A stretch of 64,000 nt of DNA from an uncultured Gemmatimonadaceae bacterium (GTDB taxonomy: Bacteria > Gemmatimonadota > Gemmatimonadetes > Gemmatimonadales > Gemmatimonadaceae), in assembly GCA_963716745.1 (NCBI GenBank), contig OY970320.1, forward strand, positions 224,001 to 288,000. Direction: 5' to 3'. The notes below the pieces were generated by a model. That model ran no database searches. It had not been told where the DNA came from and saw nothing but the letters and a program-made list of their open reading frames with translations. A program made the translations under genes and the position numbers. Below are positions 1 to 13,813 of the stretch, piece by piece (position 1 is the stretch's first letter; each line of letters begins with the position of its first letter).

Positions 1-1
1 G

Positions 2-406
2 GACGATTCGGGGCTCGAGATCACCGCGCTCAAGGGTGCGCCCGGCGTGCGCAGCAAGCGCTGGAGCGGCCGCGCCGATCTCACGGGGCAGGAGCTCGAC
101 GACAGCAACAACGAGAAATTGTTGCGCGAACTGGCGGACAAGGCCGATTGGAGCGCGCGCTACGTGTGCGCGGCCGCCTTCGCACACGGCAAGCGCGAGC
201 TCGTGTGCCGTGGCGAGACGTTGGGCGTCATCGTCGAGACGCCGTCGGGCATTGGCGGCTTCGGGTACGATCCGTATTTCCTGTCCGACGATCTCGGCAT
301 GACCTTCGGCGAGGCGGATCGCGTGTCGAAGGAGCGTGTGAGTCATCGCGGGCGTGCGTTCGCGGCGTTGCTGCGCGCGATGCAGAGCGAGGTGCGCGCC
401 GGTTGA
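2..406 (+). CDS. rdgB: Non-canonical purine NTP pyrophosphatase (Ham1/RdgB), 5'-truncated by window edge
   Basis: Frame 2 reads DDSGLE...GAPGVRS...GFGYDPYF...SHRGRA, the Ham1-family motifs. Confidence 0.93.
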   Translation, partial: DDSGLEITALKGAPGVRSKRWSGRADLTGQELDDSNNEKLLRELADKADWSARYVCAAAFAHGKRELVCRGETLGVIVETPSGIGGFGYDPYFLSDDLGMTFGEADRVSKERVSHRGRAFAALLRAMQSEVRAG

Positions 407-431
407 CCGAGCGTCGCGTACCCGATAGCTT
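403..431 (+). promoter_or_regulatory. Sigma70-type promoter for the tRNA cluster
   Basis: TTGACC-17 nt-TAGCTT, 11 nt before tRNA-Pro. Confidence 0.65.
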
Positions 432-442
432 GTTGCGACTCG

Positions 443-516
443 CGGGGCGTAGCGTAGCCTGGTAGCGCGCCTGCTTTGGGAGCAGGAGGTCGCCGGTTCG
501 AATCCGGCCGCCCCGA
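443..516 (+). tRNA. tRNA-Pro(TGG)
   Basis: Cloverleaf; anticodon arm CCTGC-TTTGGGA-GCAGG; T-loop GGTTCGAATCC; no encoded CCA. Confidence 0.96.
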
Positions 517-556
517 CCTCAACGTGGGTGTAGCGAGATCACGCGATCGAGGGAAG

Positions 557-630
557 GCGCCAGTAGCTCAGGTGGATAGAGCAACAGCCTTCTAAGCTGT
601 GGGTCGGAGGTTCGAGTCCTCCCTGGCGCG
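557..630 (+). tRNA. tRNA-Arg(TCT)
   Basis: GCGCCAG acceptor stem; anticodon arm ACAGC-CTTCTAA-GCTGT; GGTTCGAGTCC. Confidence 0.96.
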
Positions 631-649
631 TGTGTACCGGACAAAGTTT

Positions 650-722
650 GCGCCCTTAGCTCAATTGGCAGAGCAAATGACTCTTAATCATTAGGTTGAA
701 GGTTCGATTCCTTCAGGGCGCA
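650..722 (+). tRNA. tRNA-Lys(CTT)
   Basis: GCGCCCT acceptor stem; anticodon arm AATGA-CTCTTAA-TCATT; GGTTCGATTCC. Confidence 0.96.
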
Positions 723-754
723 CTAAGTAAGGCAGGCATAACGTGCTGAACTTG

Positions 755-784
755 AACGGCCTCCCATACACCGGAGGCCGTTTT
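755..784 (+). terminator. Intrinsic terminator after the tRNA cluster
   Basis: AACGGCCTCC-loop-GGAGGCCGTT ending in a short T run. Confidence 0.7.
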
Positions 785-852
785 CACATCGCTACCGGAT
801 TGTAGCCGGTATGTAGTGTTCGGCAATCGATCGCCCGAGGGGCGCCGCTGAG

Positions 853-1047
853 TCAGAGGGACCGAAACAGTCTGCCAGTCAGCCAATTCCAGGCGCGCTG
901 CCACCGAGCGCGGAGTGCCGGCGCGAATCGCTCCTCGCCGAGCGCGCTTCCGGCGACGGCCCAAACTCCTGCGGCGATGATGGCGACAACAACGACGGCA
1001 AGGGAAAAGGCGACGTACATGCCGACCCACTCGAGAATATCGCTCAT
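853..1047 (-). CDS. Small membrane protein, hypothetical (64 aa)
   Basis: ATG start, one long hydrophobic helix then a basic amphipathic tail; co-oriented with the upstream genes. Confidence 0.5.
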   Translation of the reverse strand: MSDILEWVGMYVAFSLAVVVVAIIAAGVWAVAGSALGEERFAPALRARWQRAWNWLTGRLFRSL

Positions 1048-1064
1048 GCGCTAAGATCTCACGG

Positions 1065-1793
1065 CTATTTCTTCACGCGCTGCTTGAGCGCCTCCTCGAT
1101 CCCTTGCTCCACCAACGGCGCCATCACCTCATAGCCCGCCTTGTTCGGATGCACGCCATCGTACGTGAGCTCCTGGCGCAATCCCTGGCGATCGTCGGCC
1201 ATCGGCGTGTGGAAATCCACGAACGTCGCGCCATGCTCGGCCGCGTACGCTTTGATCCACGCATTCAGTGCGACGATCTTCGGCGCCGGCACCTGCTCCG
1301 GGTTCCACGGATATTCGAAAACCGGCAGCACGGAGCAGAGCACTACGCGGATGCCGTTCGCCTGCGCCAGCTCGGTCATGCTCGCCAGGTTGTCCTCGAT
1401 CATGTCCAGCGTGGATGGCCCCGTGTTCCCCGCGATGTCGTTGGTCCCGCCGAGGATCACGACCACGGCCGGCTGCAGCTCGATCACATCCTGGCGGAAT
1501 CGCAGCAGCATCTGGGGTGTCGTCTGCCCGCTGATGCCGCGCCGCACGTACGGCTTGTGCGGGAACATGTGCCGGAAGTATGGCGCCCACTGCTGGATGA
1601 TCGAATTCCCGATGAAGACCACGCGCTTCTCGCCGGGGTGCGGCGGCCCGAGGCGCGCATTCTCCGCGCGGAACCGCTCGAGGTTGGCCCAGTCCTCGCT
1701 CGCTGCCTCAGTCGACTGCGCGGTGACGCGCGCCGCGCACAGCAGAAGAACGATGGCGAGCGCGCTACGCACGGTTACGAACTCGATCGGCAC
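1065..1793 (-). CDS. SGNH/GDSL-family hydrolase with signal peptide
   Basis: Blocks FIGNSI, RGISGQTT, GGTNDIA and DGVHPN. Confidence 0.9.
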   Translation of the reverse strand: MPIEFVTVRSALAIVLLLCAARVTAQSTEAASEDWANLERFRAENARLGPPHPGEKRVVFIGNSIIQQWAPYFRHMFPHKPYVRRGISGQTTPQMLLRFRQDVIELQPAVVVILGGTNDIAGNTGPSTLDMIEDNLASMTELAQANGIRVVLCSVLPVFEYPWNPEQVPAPKIVALNAWIKAYAAEHGATFVDFHTPMADDRQGLRQELTYDGVHPNKAGYEVMAPLVEQGIEEALKQRVKK

Positions 1794-1799
1794 CCGTGA

Positions 1800-2300
1800 T
1801 CAGGATGTCGCGCTCGCGGGTCCGCCGGGCAGGTCGTCGAGGAATGCGCTGAATTCTTCCTTCCGGCGCTCGCACTCGGCCGCGATCCTCGCCAGCAGCG
1901 ATGCCTGATCGGCGAGTTTCTGATCTGCTTCGTCGCCAGCCACGAATTCCCCGAGCCTTGAGTAATCCGCAGCGAGCGTTTCGAGTGTGCGCGCAGAGGA
2001 GGGGTCCTTCAGCCTCGAGAATCGCGCGAGCGTGAACACCGCGGCGGCGATCTCTTCCTTCGACGCAGGCAGGTCGGAGACCCGTCTCAGCTGCGGTGAC
2101 GCCAGGCGATGCCGCTCGAGGACCGCGGCGTACTCGCGCACGAGTTCGTCGGCGCGCTCGACATCCGCGTCGGAGAGGAGTTCGAGGTCGCGACGCCAGG
2201 ACACGATCGAGTCGTGCCGGATCTTCGTGATGCGATTCCGGCGCGACGCGAACCATAGACTCACGCCGCAGGCGGCGGCCACCAGGAGTAGATAGGTCAT
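1800..2300 (-). CDS. Hypothetical protein with N-terminal membrane anchor
   Basis: Internal ATG (MTYLLLVAAAC...) of the 1800..3071 ORF; helical composition; abuts the SGNH gene. Confidence 0.55.
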   Translation of the reverse strand: MTYLLLVAAACGVSLWFASRRNRITKIRHDSIVSWRRDLELLSDADVERADELVREYAAVLERHRLASPQLRRVSDLPASKEEIAAAVFTLARFSRLKDPSSARTLETLAADYSRLGEFVAGDEADQKLADQASLLARIAAECERRKEEFSAFLDDLPGGPASATS

Positions 2301-2435
2301 CGCTGACGCCGAACGTGCGGCGATTCCCGATTTCGCGCAAGTGGGTGCGGATAGCGGCGAACGGCGTTCCGGCGCATACTTGTGCCGTCTGGCCCGCGAT
2401 CCACGCGGGCGCCCACTCATCGGAGGCACATCGTC

Positions 2436-2975
2436 ATGATGCGTTCTGTATCGCTCCTCTCGCTCGCTGTGGTTCTCGGCGCGGCAATGCCGCGCGCCGT
2501 CGCACCCGCCTCGCCGTCCGCCATCGCGAACGACCGCACGATCTGGGTGAACACGATGGGCTACATCACCGCCGCCGCGGAGCAGATGCCGGAGTCGCTC
2601 TATGCGTACAAGCCCGTCGCGACGGTGCGCTCGTTCGGCCAGCTCATTGGTCACATCGCTGGCTCGCAGCACATGTTCTGCGGCGCCGCGCTCGGCGAGA
2701 AGGCGAACGCCGAGGATGATGTGGAGAAGAACGTGACCACCAAGGCGGGGCTCGTGGCGGCGCTCAAGGCGAGCACCGAGCACTGTCAGAAGGCGTACGC
2801 GATGTCCGATGCCGACGCGATGAAGCGCTCGTTCAAGATGTTCGGCATGGATGTGAACGGCATGTGGGCGGTGTTCGAGAACACCGCGCACGTGAACGAG
2901 CACTACGGGAACATCGTGACGTACATGCGCATGCTGGGAATGGTGCCGCCGTCGAGTCAACCGGCTCCGAAATAA
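2436..2975 (+). CDS. DinB/YfiT-family protein, secreted
   Basis: GGAGG SD; signal peptide; motifs AAEQMPES-YAYKP, RSFGQLIGH and HVNEHYGNIVTYMRMLGMVPPSS. Confidence 0.85.
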   Translation: MMRSVSLLSLAVVLGAAMPRAVAPASPSAIANDRTIWVNTMGYITAAAEQMPESLYAYKPVATVRSFGQLIGHIAGSQHMFCGAALGEKANAEDDVEKNVTTKAGLVAALKASTEHCQKAYAMSDADAMKRSFKMFGMDVNGMWAVFENTAHVNEHYGNIVTYMRMLGMVPPSSQPAPK

Positions 2976-2982
2976 TTCGACA

Positions 2983-3103
2983 GCCGGGAACCGGTTGCCG
3001 GGAACCGGTGAGGAATAACAAATGAATTCCCTAACGGCACTGCAGCGCGCCGTTAGGGAATTTGTTTTCATGCCACACCGGTTCCCGGCAATCGGTTCCC
3101 GGC
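2983..3103. repeat. Nested palindrome between convergent genes (28-bp outer arms, 14-bp inner stem)
   Basis: 2983-3010 vs 3076-3103 match 27/28 as an inverted repeat; 3025-3038 vs 3049-3062 form a perfect 14-bp stem. Confidence 0.9.
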
Positions 3104-3116
3104 CGTTTGTCTTCCC

Positions 3117-3756
3117 CTAGGCGGTCGCGGCCCTCGAAGCCGGCTTACTCGCGGAGCCGGCGAGCTGCCCGAGCAGTCCCTCGGCGGCCGCGAGATACTC
3201 GGCCAGGTCGAAATGCTTCGGGTCGATCATCGCCTGCACGGCGCAGCCATTGATGAAGCTGACGATGACGGCGGCGAGCCCCTCGGTCGTGACGTGCGGG
3301 AAGCGCGCCGGGATCGGCCCGGATCACATCGTGGATGATCGCGCGGAAGGACTGCCGGTAGCGCTCGAGCTCGGCGGCGATGCGCGCACCGATCGCGGCG
3401 TTCCGGGTGCCGAGCACCCAATAGTCGTAGAAGAGGCGAACGCGCCGCGGGTCGTTGCCGAGGCGGTCCATCTCCTGGTGGAGCAGGGCGTGCAGACGGT
3501 CGAGGGGCGCCGCGATGCGCGCGATCTCGGGCGCTTCGTGCAGCTCGGAGGTGGAGGCGAGCAAGCGGTCGAGCAGGGCGCGCAGGAGCTGGTCGCGCCG
3601 TTTGAAATGGAAGAGGACGAGCCCGTGACTCAGCCTGGCCTTGGCCGCGACGGCGCGCACCGTGAGTCCGTCGATCCCCTTGTGCGAGGCGACGCGATAG
3701 GCGGCATCGAGGATCTGTTCGCGCCGCAATCCCTCCGGCGCCTTCTTTCCGGGCAT
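3117..3756 (-). CDS. TetR-family (BetI-like) regulator; one apparent frameshift near 3310
   Basis: N-terminal HTH RREQILDAAY...LTVRAVAAKARLSHGLVLFHF; removing one base near 3310 restores a C-terminus ...LAAVIVSFINGCAVQAMIDP...* ending at 3117. Confidence 0.85.
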
Positions 3757-3768
3757 GGTGATCTCCTG

Positions 3769-3816
3769 TTGACCTTTTGTCCAATATAGGTTAATATGTG
3801 TTATCCGCTTGGACAA
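3769..3816 (-). promoter_or_regulatory. tetR promoter and probable autoregulatory operator
   Basis: On the minus strand TTGTCC-17-TAACCT; imperfect palindrome TTGACCTTTTGTCCAA at 3769-3784, just upstream of the SD. Confidence 0.5.
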
Positions 3817-3900
3817 TGGGTGGCTCTGTCGCCCCGGTGGTCGCGCCGCCATCACGCACCCTGATGGATCCTGCCTGTACCGCACTCCACCGGAGTACCT

Positions 3901-4398
3901 ATGACAATCCGCCGATCCTTGGCGTTCGTGGCCGCTGCCACGACCGCCGCGCTCTCGCTTGCCGCCTGCAGCGCATTCCAATCCAAGCCCGCCGTGACCG
4001 TGAGCGCGAAGGACGTGAACGTGAACGCGCGCTGGCACGCGAGCGTCGCAAGCCCCGCCGAACTCGCGGGCGTGGTGCAGATGACGGGCAGTGCGTCAAT
4101 GACGCCGGGCAAGAAGAGCGGCACCACCGAATTGGTCCTGAACGTCGCGAACTCGACGCCGGGCGGCGTGCATCCGTGGGCCGTGCATCTCGGACAGTGC
4201 GGCAGCGACGATGGCGTGTACGGCACGCTCGCCGACTATCAGCCGCTCAAAGTCGGTACGGACGGGAAGGGCATGTCGAAGGCGACGGTCGCGCTCGAGA
4301 CGCCGGCGTCGGGATACTATTTCGTGAGCGTCAAAGCCTCCGCCGCGAACGGCGAGACTACGGTCGCCTGCGGCAACCTCGCGGCGCCAACCCAGTGA
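3901..4398 (+). CDS. Lipoprotein with Cu/Zn-SOD-like beta fold, degenerate metal ligands
   Basis: Lipobox LAAC; motifs HPWAVHLGQCG and VACGNL. Confidence 0.6.
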   Translation: MTIRRSLAFVAAATTAALSLAACSAFQSKPAVTVSAKDVNVNARWHASVASPAELAGVVQMTGSASMTPGKKSGTTELVLNVANSTPGGVHPWAVHLGQCGSDDGVYGTLADYQPLKVGTDGKGMSKATVALETPASGYYFVSVKASAANGETTVACGNLAAPTQ

Positions 4399-4610
4399 TA
4401 CGGAACTTCATCGTGGGCGCGGCACTCGCCGCACTCGGCGCGGTGATCCTGCTTCGCGGCATCAATTACAAGACCACGCACGATGTGGTGAAGATCGGTG
4501 ATATGCACATGACCGATACGGATTCGCACGGCGTCCCGCCCTGGGTGGGCATCGCGACGGGTGTGAGCGGCCTGTTGATCATCGCCATGGGCGCCAAGAA
4601 GCGGAAATAG
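4395..4610 (+). CDS. Small two-helix membrane protein
   Basis: GTG overlaps the upstream stop (GTGA); two TM segments flanking a VVKIGD loop, basic C-terminus. Confidence 0.65.
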   Translation: MIRNFIVGAALAALGAVILLRGINYKTTHDVVKIGDMHMTDTDSHGVPPWVGIATGVSGLLIIAMGAKKRK

Positions 4611-4637
4611 CGTCGCGGTGTGGGGGCGCTGGATCGT

Positions 4638-5054
4638 TCACCCGATCCAGCGCATCACCACCGGCCCGGCGATCACGGCCCAGCAGAGTCCCGTCATCAG
4701 CAGTGCGATGAGCACCGCGGTGCTGCCCAAGTCTTTCGCACGACCCGCAAGCTCATGGTGCTCCAAGCCGATGCGGTCCACCGTGTTCTCGATCGCGGTA
4801 TTGAGGATCTCGACGAGGAGCACGAGCAGGAGCGAGAGCACGAGGATGAGGTGTTCGAGCGTGCGGACCGGGAGGAGGATCGCGATGGGAACGCCGACGA
4901 TGATCGCGACGAGCTCTTGGCGCACCGCGGCCTCGTGCGCGGCGGCGTAGCGCAAGCCGACGAGCGAGTTCTTGAGGGCGGCGACGAGGCGCGGGATACC
5001 GGTGAGACCTTTGGTGATGGGCGTGTCGGCGGAGCTCGTTTCCATTGGGTCCAT
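4638..5054 (-). CDS. dgkA: Diacylglycerol kinase
   Basis: EAAVRQE, VEILNTAIENTVD, HHELAGRAKDLGS motifs; start could also be 5045. Confidence 0.92.
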   Translation of the reverse strand: MDPMETSSADTPITKGLTGIPRLVAALKNSLVGLRYAAAHEAAVRQELVAIIVGVPIAILLPVRTLEHLILVLSLLLVLLVEILNTAIENTVDRIGLEHHELAGRAKDLGSTAVLIALLMTGLCWAVIAGPVVMRWIG

Positions 5055-5114
5055 GCGAGAGTGAGAAGGTCGCGGCACGAATGATATGTACCGGCGTCGC
5101 CGGGGATTTGCTCC

Positions 5115-5143
5115 TTGACGTTCGGGCTCCCTTCACCTACATT
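5115..5143 (+). promoter_or_regulatory. rrn promoter P1
   Basis: TTGACG-17 nt-TACATT upstream of the rRNA operon. Confidence 0.7.
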
Positions 5144-5235
5144 GGACGGCTCTCACCCCCTGTCGATTGCTTGCAATCGCGAGCGTGGGTTGGGAAGGTA
5201 ACCGCGATCGGGCGACGGATATTTTCGCAAAAGCC

Positions 5236-5265
5236 TTGACCAAGCGGGAACACGCGGTTTAAGTT
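5236..5265 (+). promoter_or_regulatory. rrn promoter P2
   Basis: TTGACC-18 nt-TAAGTT, about 120 nt downstream of P1, with an AT-rich upstream tract. Confidence 0.65.
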
Positions 5266-5304
5266 GAGAGGCTGTCGGAAAAACGACACCGAAAATGTGA
5301 ATTG

Positions 5305-5318
5305 ACGCTGTTTGACAA
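5305..5318 (+). promoter_or_regulatory. boxA-like antitermination element (leader)
   Basis: ACGCTGTTTGACAA, repeated identically in the 16S-23S spacer; resembles boxA TGCTCTTTAACA. Confidence 0.7.
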
Positions 5319-5474
5319 TCGAAAACGAGAGAACGGTTGTGCGAGGCGAACTCACTGATCCCGTGCTATTTCAGGGCGCGGGGGAGAGTTCAACCTGAAC
5401 AATCAAAGTGATTCGGATACGCTGTCACGCGACAGCGTGACGGCGTTTCGAAGAGCCTTTCAATTCTTCAAAAA

Positions 5475-7004
<1,530 letters not shown>

Positions 7005-7142
7005 TCGGAGCGACGAGTATGCCGGCCATCCTCACGGATGAGCTCGGACGAAAGTCCTCGGAAGTCGCCGTCTCGGCAACCCTCTCTCGATTTCGATTGT
7101 ATGCGCACGCCGTCCTCCTTCGGGAAGCCGGCGCGCGTTTCA

Positions 7143-7156
7143 ACGCTGTTTGACAA
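7143..7156 (+). promoter_or_regulatory. boxA-like antitermination element (spacer)
   Basis: Identical 14-mer to 5305-5318. Confidence 0.7.
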
Positions 7157-7258
7157 ACGAAGTGGTGTAGATCGTGGGAAGCGAATCATCACAAGACGAT
7201 CTTTATAATTTCGTCACTCGTGATAGAAACGCGCGTGCTTTGTAAGAACAGAATTTGT

Positions 7259-10215
<2,957 letters not shown>

Positions 10216-10333
10216 ACTCCCAAATTGCAACACGCAGAGCATCGCGTTTCATTACGAGGACGATTTTCTTACCCACGATCTACACCATTCCGTTTCTCTC
10301 TTCAGCTTTGTCATCCGTATTCCATCGATGAAC

Positions 10334-10450
10334 GCTGGCGACTAGAGCGTAGGGGCCACACTCGTTCCCATCCCGAACACGATCGTTAAGCCCTACAGCG
10401 CCAATGGTACTCCGCCCGTGAGGGCGCGGGAGAGTAGGCCGTCGCCGGCA
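10334..10450 (+). rRNA. rrf: 5S rRNA
   Basis: CCCATCCCGAAC and GGGAGAGTAGG; terminal GCTGGCGAC/GTCGCCGGC stem. Confidence 0.97.
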
Positions 10451-10457
10451 CTCCTTG

Positions 10458-10499
10458 GAACCCCGGGTCGAGATCTTCTCGATCCGGGGTTCTTTTTTT
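10458..10499 (+). terminator. rrn intrinsic terminator
   Basis: GAACCCCGGGTCGAGA-loop-TCTCGATCCGGGGTTC followed by a T7 run. Confidence 0.9.
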
Positions 10500-10515
10500 G
10501 AACCGCAACGGCGGA

Positions 10516-10572
10516 CTGTCGGCTGTCGGCTGTCGCCTGCGAATCCCGCTCGCGACAGCCGACAGCCGACAG
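10516..10572. repeat. Inverted heptamer tandem repeat (GGCTGTC)n / (GACAGCC)n
   Basis: Perfect 21-bp inverted repeat, 10516-10536 vs 10552-10572, 15-nt loop. Confidence 0.9.
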
Positions 10573-10602
10573 CCTGCCGTTGAATTCCCCCTATATTCGT
10601 TC

Positions 10603-11476
10603 ATGCCTCGCTCTGGTTTCGTCGCCATCGCCGGCAAACCCAACGCCGGCAAGTCCACGCTCCTCAATAAGCTCGTCGGGCAGAAGCTCGCCATCACCAG
10701 CGCCAAGGTGCAGTCCACCCGCGCGCGCACGCTCGGCCTCCGCACCGACGGCGACACGCAAATGGTGCTCGTCGACGCCCCGGGCCTCCTCGATCCCGAG
10801 TATCCGCTCCAGCACGCAATGCGCCGCACCGCGCTCCGCGCCATCGCGGACGCCGACGTCATCGTCTATCTCGCCGACGCGCAGCACGGGACGCCGCCCA
10901 CGCTCGAGCACGCGGCCGGACTCGATGCGCCGCCGCGCGCGCCCGTGATCACGGTGCTCAACAAGTGCGACCGGCTCGACGCCAACGCCCGCGCCAAACT
11001 CGCCGCTCGAGAACCCGGGCGCCGTACTCGTCTCCGCGCGCACCGGCCACGGCGTGGACGATCTCATCGCGCGCATCGCCGCCACGCTCCCCGAGGGGCC
11101 GTTCCTCTATCCCGCCGATGATGCCGCGGCGCAGCCGGTGCGATTCTTCGCCGCCGAGCTCGTGCGCGAGACCGCGCTCGAGCAGCTCGACGAGGAGGTC
11201 CCGTACTCCGTCGCGTGCGAGATCGAGGAGTTCCGCGAAGAGCCGAAACCGGTGTACATTCGTGCGGTGATCTACGTCGAGCGCGACAGCCAGAAGGCGA
11301 TCGTCATCGGCGAGAAAGGCGCCCGCATCCGCGCGATCGGCGTGACGGCGCGCGCCAAGATCGAGACGCTCATCGACGAGAAGGTCTATCTCGACCTGTG
11401 GGTGAAGGTGCTCCCGAACTGGCGGCGCGATGAGAACGCCCTGCGCCGCTTCGGCTACTCGATGCCCGAGGAGTGA
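10603..11476 (+). CDS. era: GTPase Era; apparent frameshift near 11015
   Basis: [12 protein letters not shown] and NKCD in one frame; KH domain ([25 protein letters not shown]) in the next frame. Confidence 0.93.
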
Positions 11477-11480
11477 CGCC

Positions 11481-11648
11481 GTGACGCTTCCGCCGCAGCT
11501 GCTCGAACTGCTGGTCTGTCCCAAGTGCCGCGGTGCGCTCGAGTACCGCGCGTCCGAGCCATCGCTCGTGTGCCCGAATTGCCGCCTCAAGTACCCCGTG
11601 CGCGACGGCATTCCCATCATGCTGATCGACGAGGCCGCTCCGCTGTGA
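11481..11648 (+). CDS. Trm112/YcaR-family zinc-binding small protein
   Basis: [12 protein letters not shown]...LVCPNC...[19 protein letters not shown]. Confidence 0.88.
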   Translation: MTLPPQLLELLVCPKCRGALEYRASEPSLVCPNCRLKYPVRDGIPIMLIDEAAPL

Positions 11649-11673
11649 GTCGCTCCACCGCGAGGCGGCGCGC

Positions 11674-12727
11674 GTGAAGCATCTGCGCTGGCTCCTCGCG
11701 CTCGTCCCGTTCGCGATCGGCGCCAAGTGGTTCGGCGCGTCGCCCATCGCGGTGTTCGCCCTGAGCGCCGGCGCGATCATTCCGCTCTCGGCGCTCCTCG
11801 GCGACGCCACGGAAGAGCTCGCTGGCCACGCGGGGCCGTTGGTCGGTGGCCTGCTCAACGCGTCGCTGGGGAATCTCGCCGAGTTGATCATCGGCGTGCT
11901 CGCGATCCGCGCGGGGATGCTCGATCTCGTGAAGGCGTCGATCACCGGATCGATCCTCGGCAATCTCCTGCTCGTGCTCGGCGCGGCGCAGTTCGGCGGG
12001 CGGCCTGAAATTCCAGACGCAGCGCTTCAGCCGGCAGCTCGCCGGGCTCAACACCTCGTTGCTCGTGGTAGCGGTCGTGGGGCTCGTCGTGCCGGCGCTC
12101 TTCCACCTCGCGCATCCCGATCCATCGAACCGGCTCACGCTCACGATGTCCGAGTTCGTCGCGGCGCTGCTCGTGATCGGCTACGCGCTCTCGCTGCTGT
12201 ACTCGATGGGCACGCATCGCTCGGCGTTCGGCGGCGTGGGCGAGGTGGCGGGCGGGGAGCACGCGCCCACGTGGAGCCTGCGCCGCACGATCGCGATGCT
12301 GGTCGCCGTATCGGTGGGGCTCGCGTGGATGTCGGAATTGCTCGTGGGTGCGACGCGCGGCGCCGTGGCCGCGACGGGGCTCTCGGAGTTCTTCGTCGGC
12401 ATCGTGCTCGTGCCGATCATCGGCAATGCGGCGGAGCACAGCACGGCGGTGATCATGGCAATGCGCAACCGGATGGATCTCGCGATCGGGATCGCGCTCG
12501 GATCCACGGTGCAAGTGGCGCTGCTCGTCGCGCCGCTGCTGGTGTTCACCGGACTGGTCTTCCACCAACCAATGGATCTCGCGTTCTCCGTGTTCGAAGT
12601 CGCGAGCGTGGCGCTCGCGGTGTGGATCGCCTCGGTGATCGTGCAGGACGGTGAATCGAACTGGTTGGAGGGTGCGTTCCTGCTCCTCGTCTACGCGATC
12701 CTCGGGGTTGCGTTCTACTTTTTCTAG
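11674..12727 (+). CDS. Ca2+/H+ antiporter (CAX/ChaA family); apparent frameshift near 12000
   Basis: GGLLNASLGN, GSILGNLLLV, PIIGNAAEH, GSTVQVAL and GESNWLEG motifs spread over two frames. Confidence 0.9.
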
Positions 12728-12818
12728 TCGTCTACGTACACCAGCGACTTGCAAGCCACACTTGGACTTACAGAGGCGCCTGATCGAGTGACGCCGACCG
12801 CCCCGAGGACCGCCTAGC

Positions 12819-13787
12819 GTGGCCCAGCCCCACGCCGTGTACTTCTCCCCGGACGCGACGACGCCACCCGAGTATCTGCGCGGGTGGTTCGAGTCGCGCG
12901 CGCTGGGCATGGTGGTCTGCCAGCGGGTGGACGATCTCATGGCCATGGCGCTCCGCGGCCGCCCGTCGGTGTGCGTGTTCGACGCGCGCACGGCGGCCGA
13001 CGCCGCGCTCACCGCCTGCCGCCGTCTCAAAGGCGATCCGTATACCGGTGTCGTTCCGGGTGGCGTGCTTGCCGCCGACGGCGGTGCGGCGCTCGCGGCG
13101 GCCTTCCAGGCCGGTGCCGATGAAGTGCTGTTGCCCGGCACGCCGGGCGACGAAGCGGTGCTGCGGCTCGACGTGATGCTCCGTCGCGCGGATCGCGACG
13201 TGCACGTGCATCCGTCCACCCGCCTGCCCGGCGCCCCGGAGATCGAGGCGGAGATCGGGCGGAGACTGGCGGCCGGGGAGACGTTCGCCGCATGTTACGC
13301 CGATCTCGATCACTTCAAGGAGTACAACGACCGGTACAGCTATTACGAAGGCGATCGCGTCATCCGCATCCTGGCGAAGATCCTGCACGACGTGGCGCGC
13401 GGCTATTGTCCCGAGGACGGATTCGTGGGCCACATCGGCGGCGACGATTTCATCTTCATCGTGCCGGTGCGATCGGCGCCGGAGATCTGCCAGGAGATCG
13501 TTTCGATCTTCGATGCGCTCGTGCCGTGCCAGTATTCCGAACAGGACCGTTTGGCTGGATATTTCTTCGGGAAGGACCGGCGCGGGCAATTGCACCGGGT
13601 GCCGCTCATGACGGTGTCGATCGGCGTGGTGACCAACGAGCGCCGGGCGTTCACGCATCCGGCGCAGGTGAGCGAGCTGGCGACGGAAATGAAGAGCTAT
13701 GCGAAGACGCTGCCGGGCTCGGTGTACGTGGTGGACCGGCGGCACGATCCGATCGTGGGCGCGCCCGTGGGCGCGTCCGAGCGCTGA
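12819..13787 (+). CDS. Diguanylate cyclase (GGDEF domain, GGDDF) with degenerate receiver-like N-terminus
   Basis: ADLDHFKEYNDRY..GD, FVGHIGGDDF, TVSIG. Confidence 0.88.
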   Translation: MAQPHAVYFSPDATTPPEYLRGWFESRALGMVVCQRVDDLMAMALRGRPSVCVFDARTAADAALTACRRLKGDPYTGVVPGGVLAADGGAALAAAFQAGADEVLLPGTPGDEAVLRLDVMLRRADRDVHVHPSTRLPGAPEIEAEIGRRLAAGETFAACYADLDHFKEYNDRYSYYEGDRVIRILAKILHDVARGYCPEDGFVGHIGGDDFIFIVPVRSAPEICQEIVSIFDALVPCQYSEQDRLAGYFFGKDRRGQLHRVPLMTVSIGVVTNERRAFTHPAQVSELATEMKSYAKTLPGSVYVVDRRHDPIVGAPVGASER

Positions 13788-13813
13788 GCTAAAGGGAGAG
13801 GGCCGAGAAAGCG

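Noticed and set aside
723..5054. Possible genomic island integrated at tRNA-Lys
   Set aside because: No integrase, no duplicated tRNA 3' end seen, and composition similar to the backbone.
12728..12818. Lower-GC intergenic stretch with GACTT-like repeats before the GGDEF gene
   Set aside because: No convincing palindrome, promoter or periodicity that I can support.
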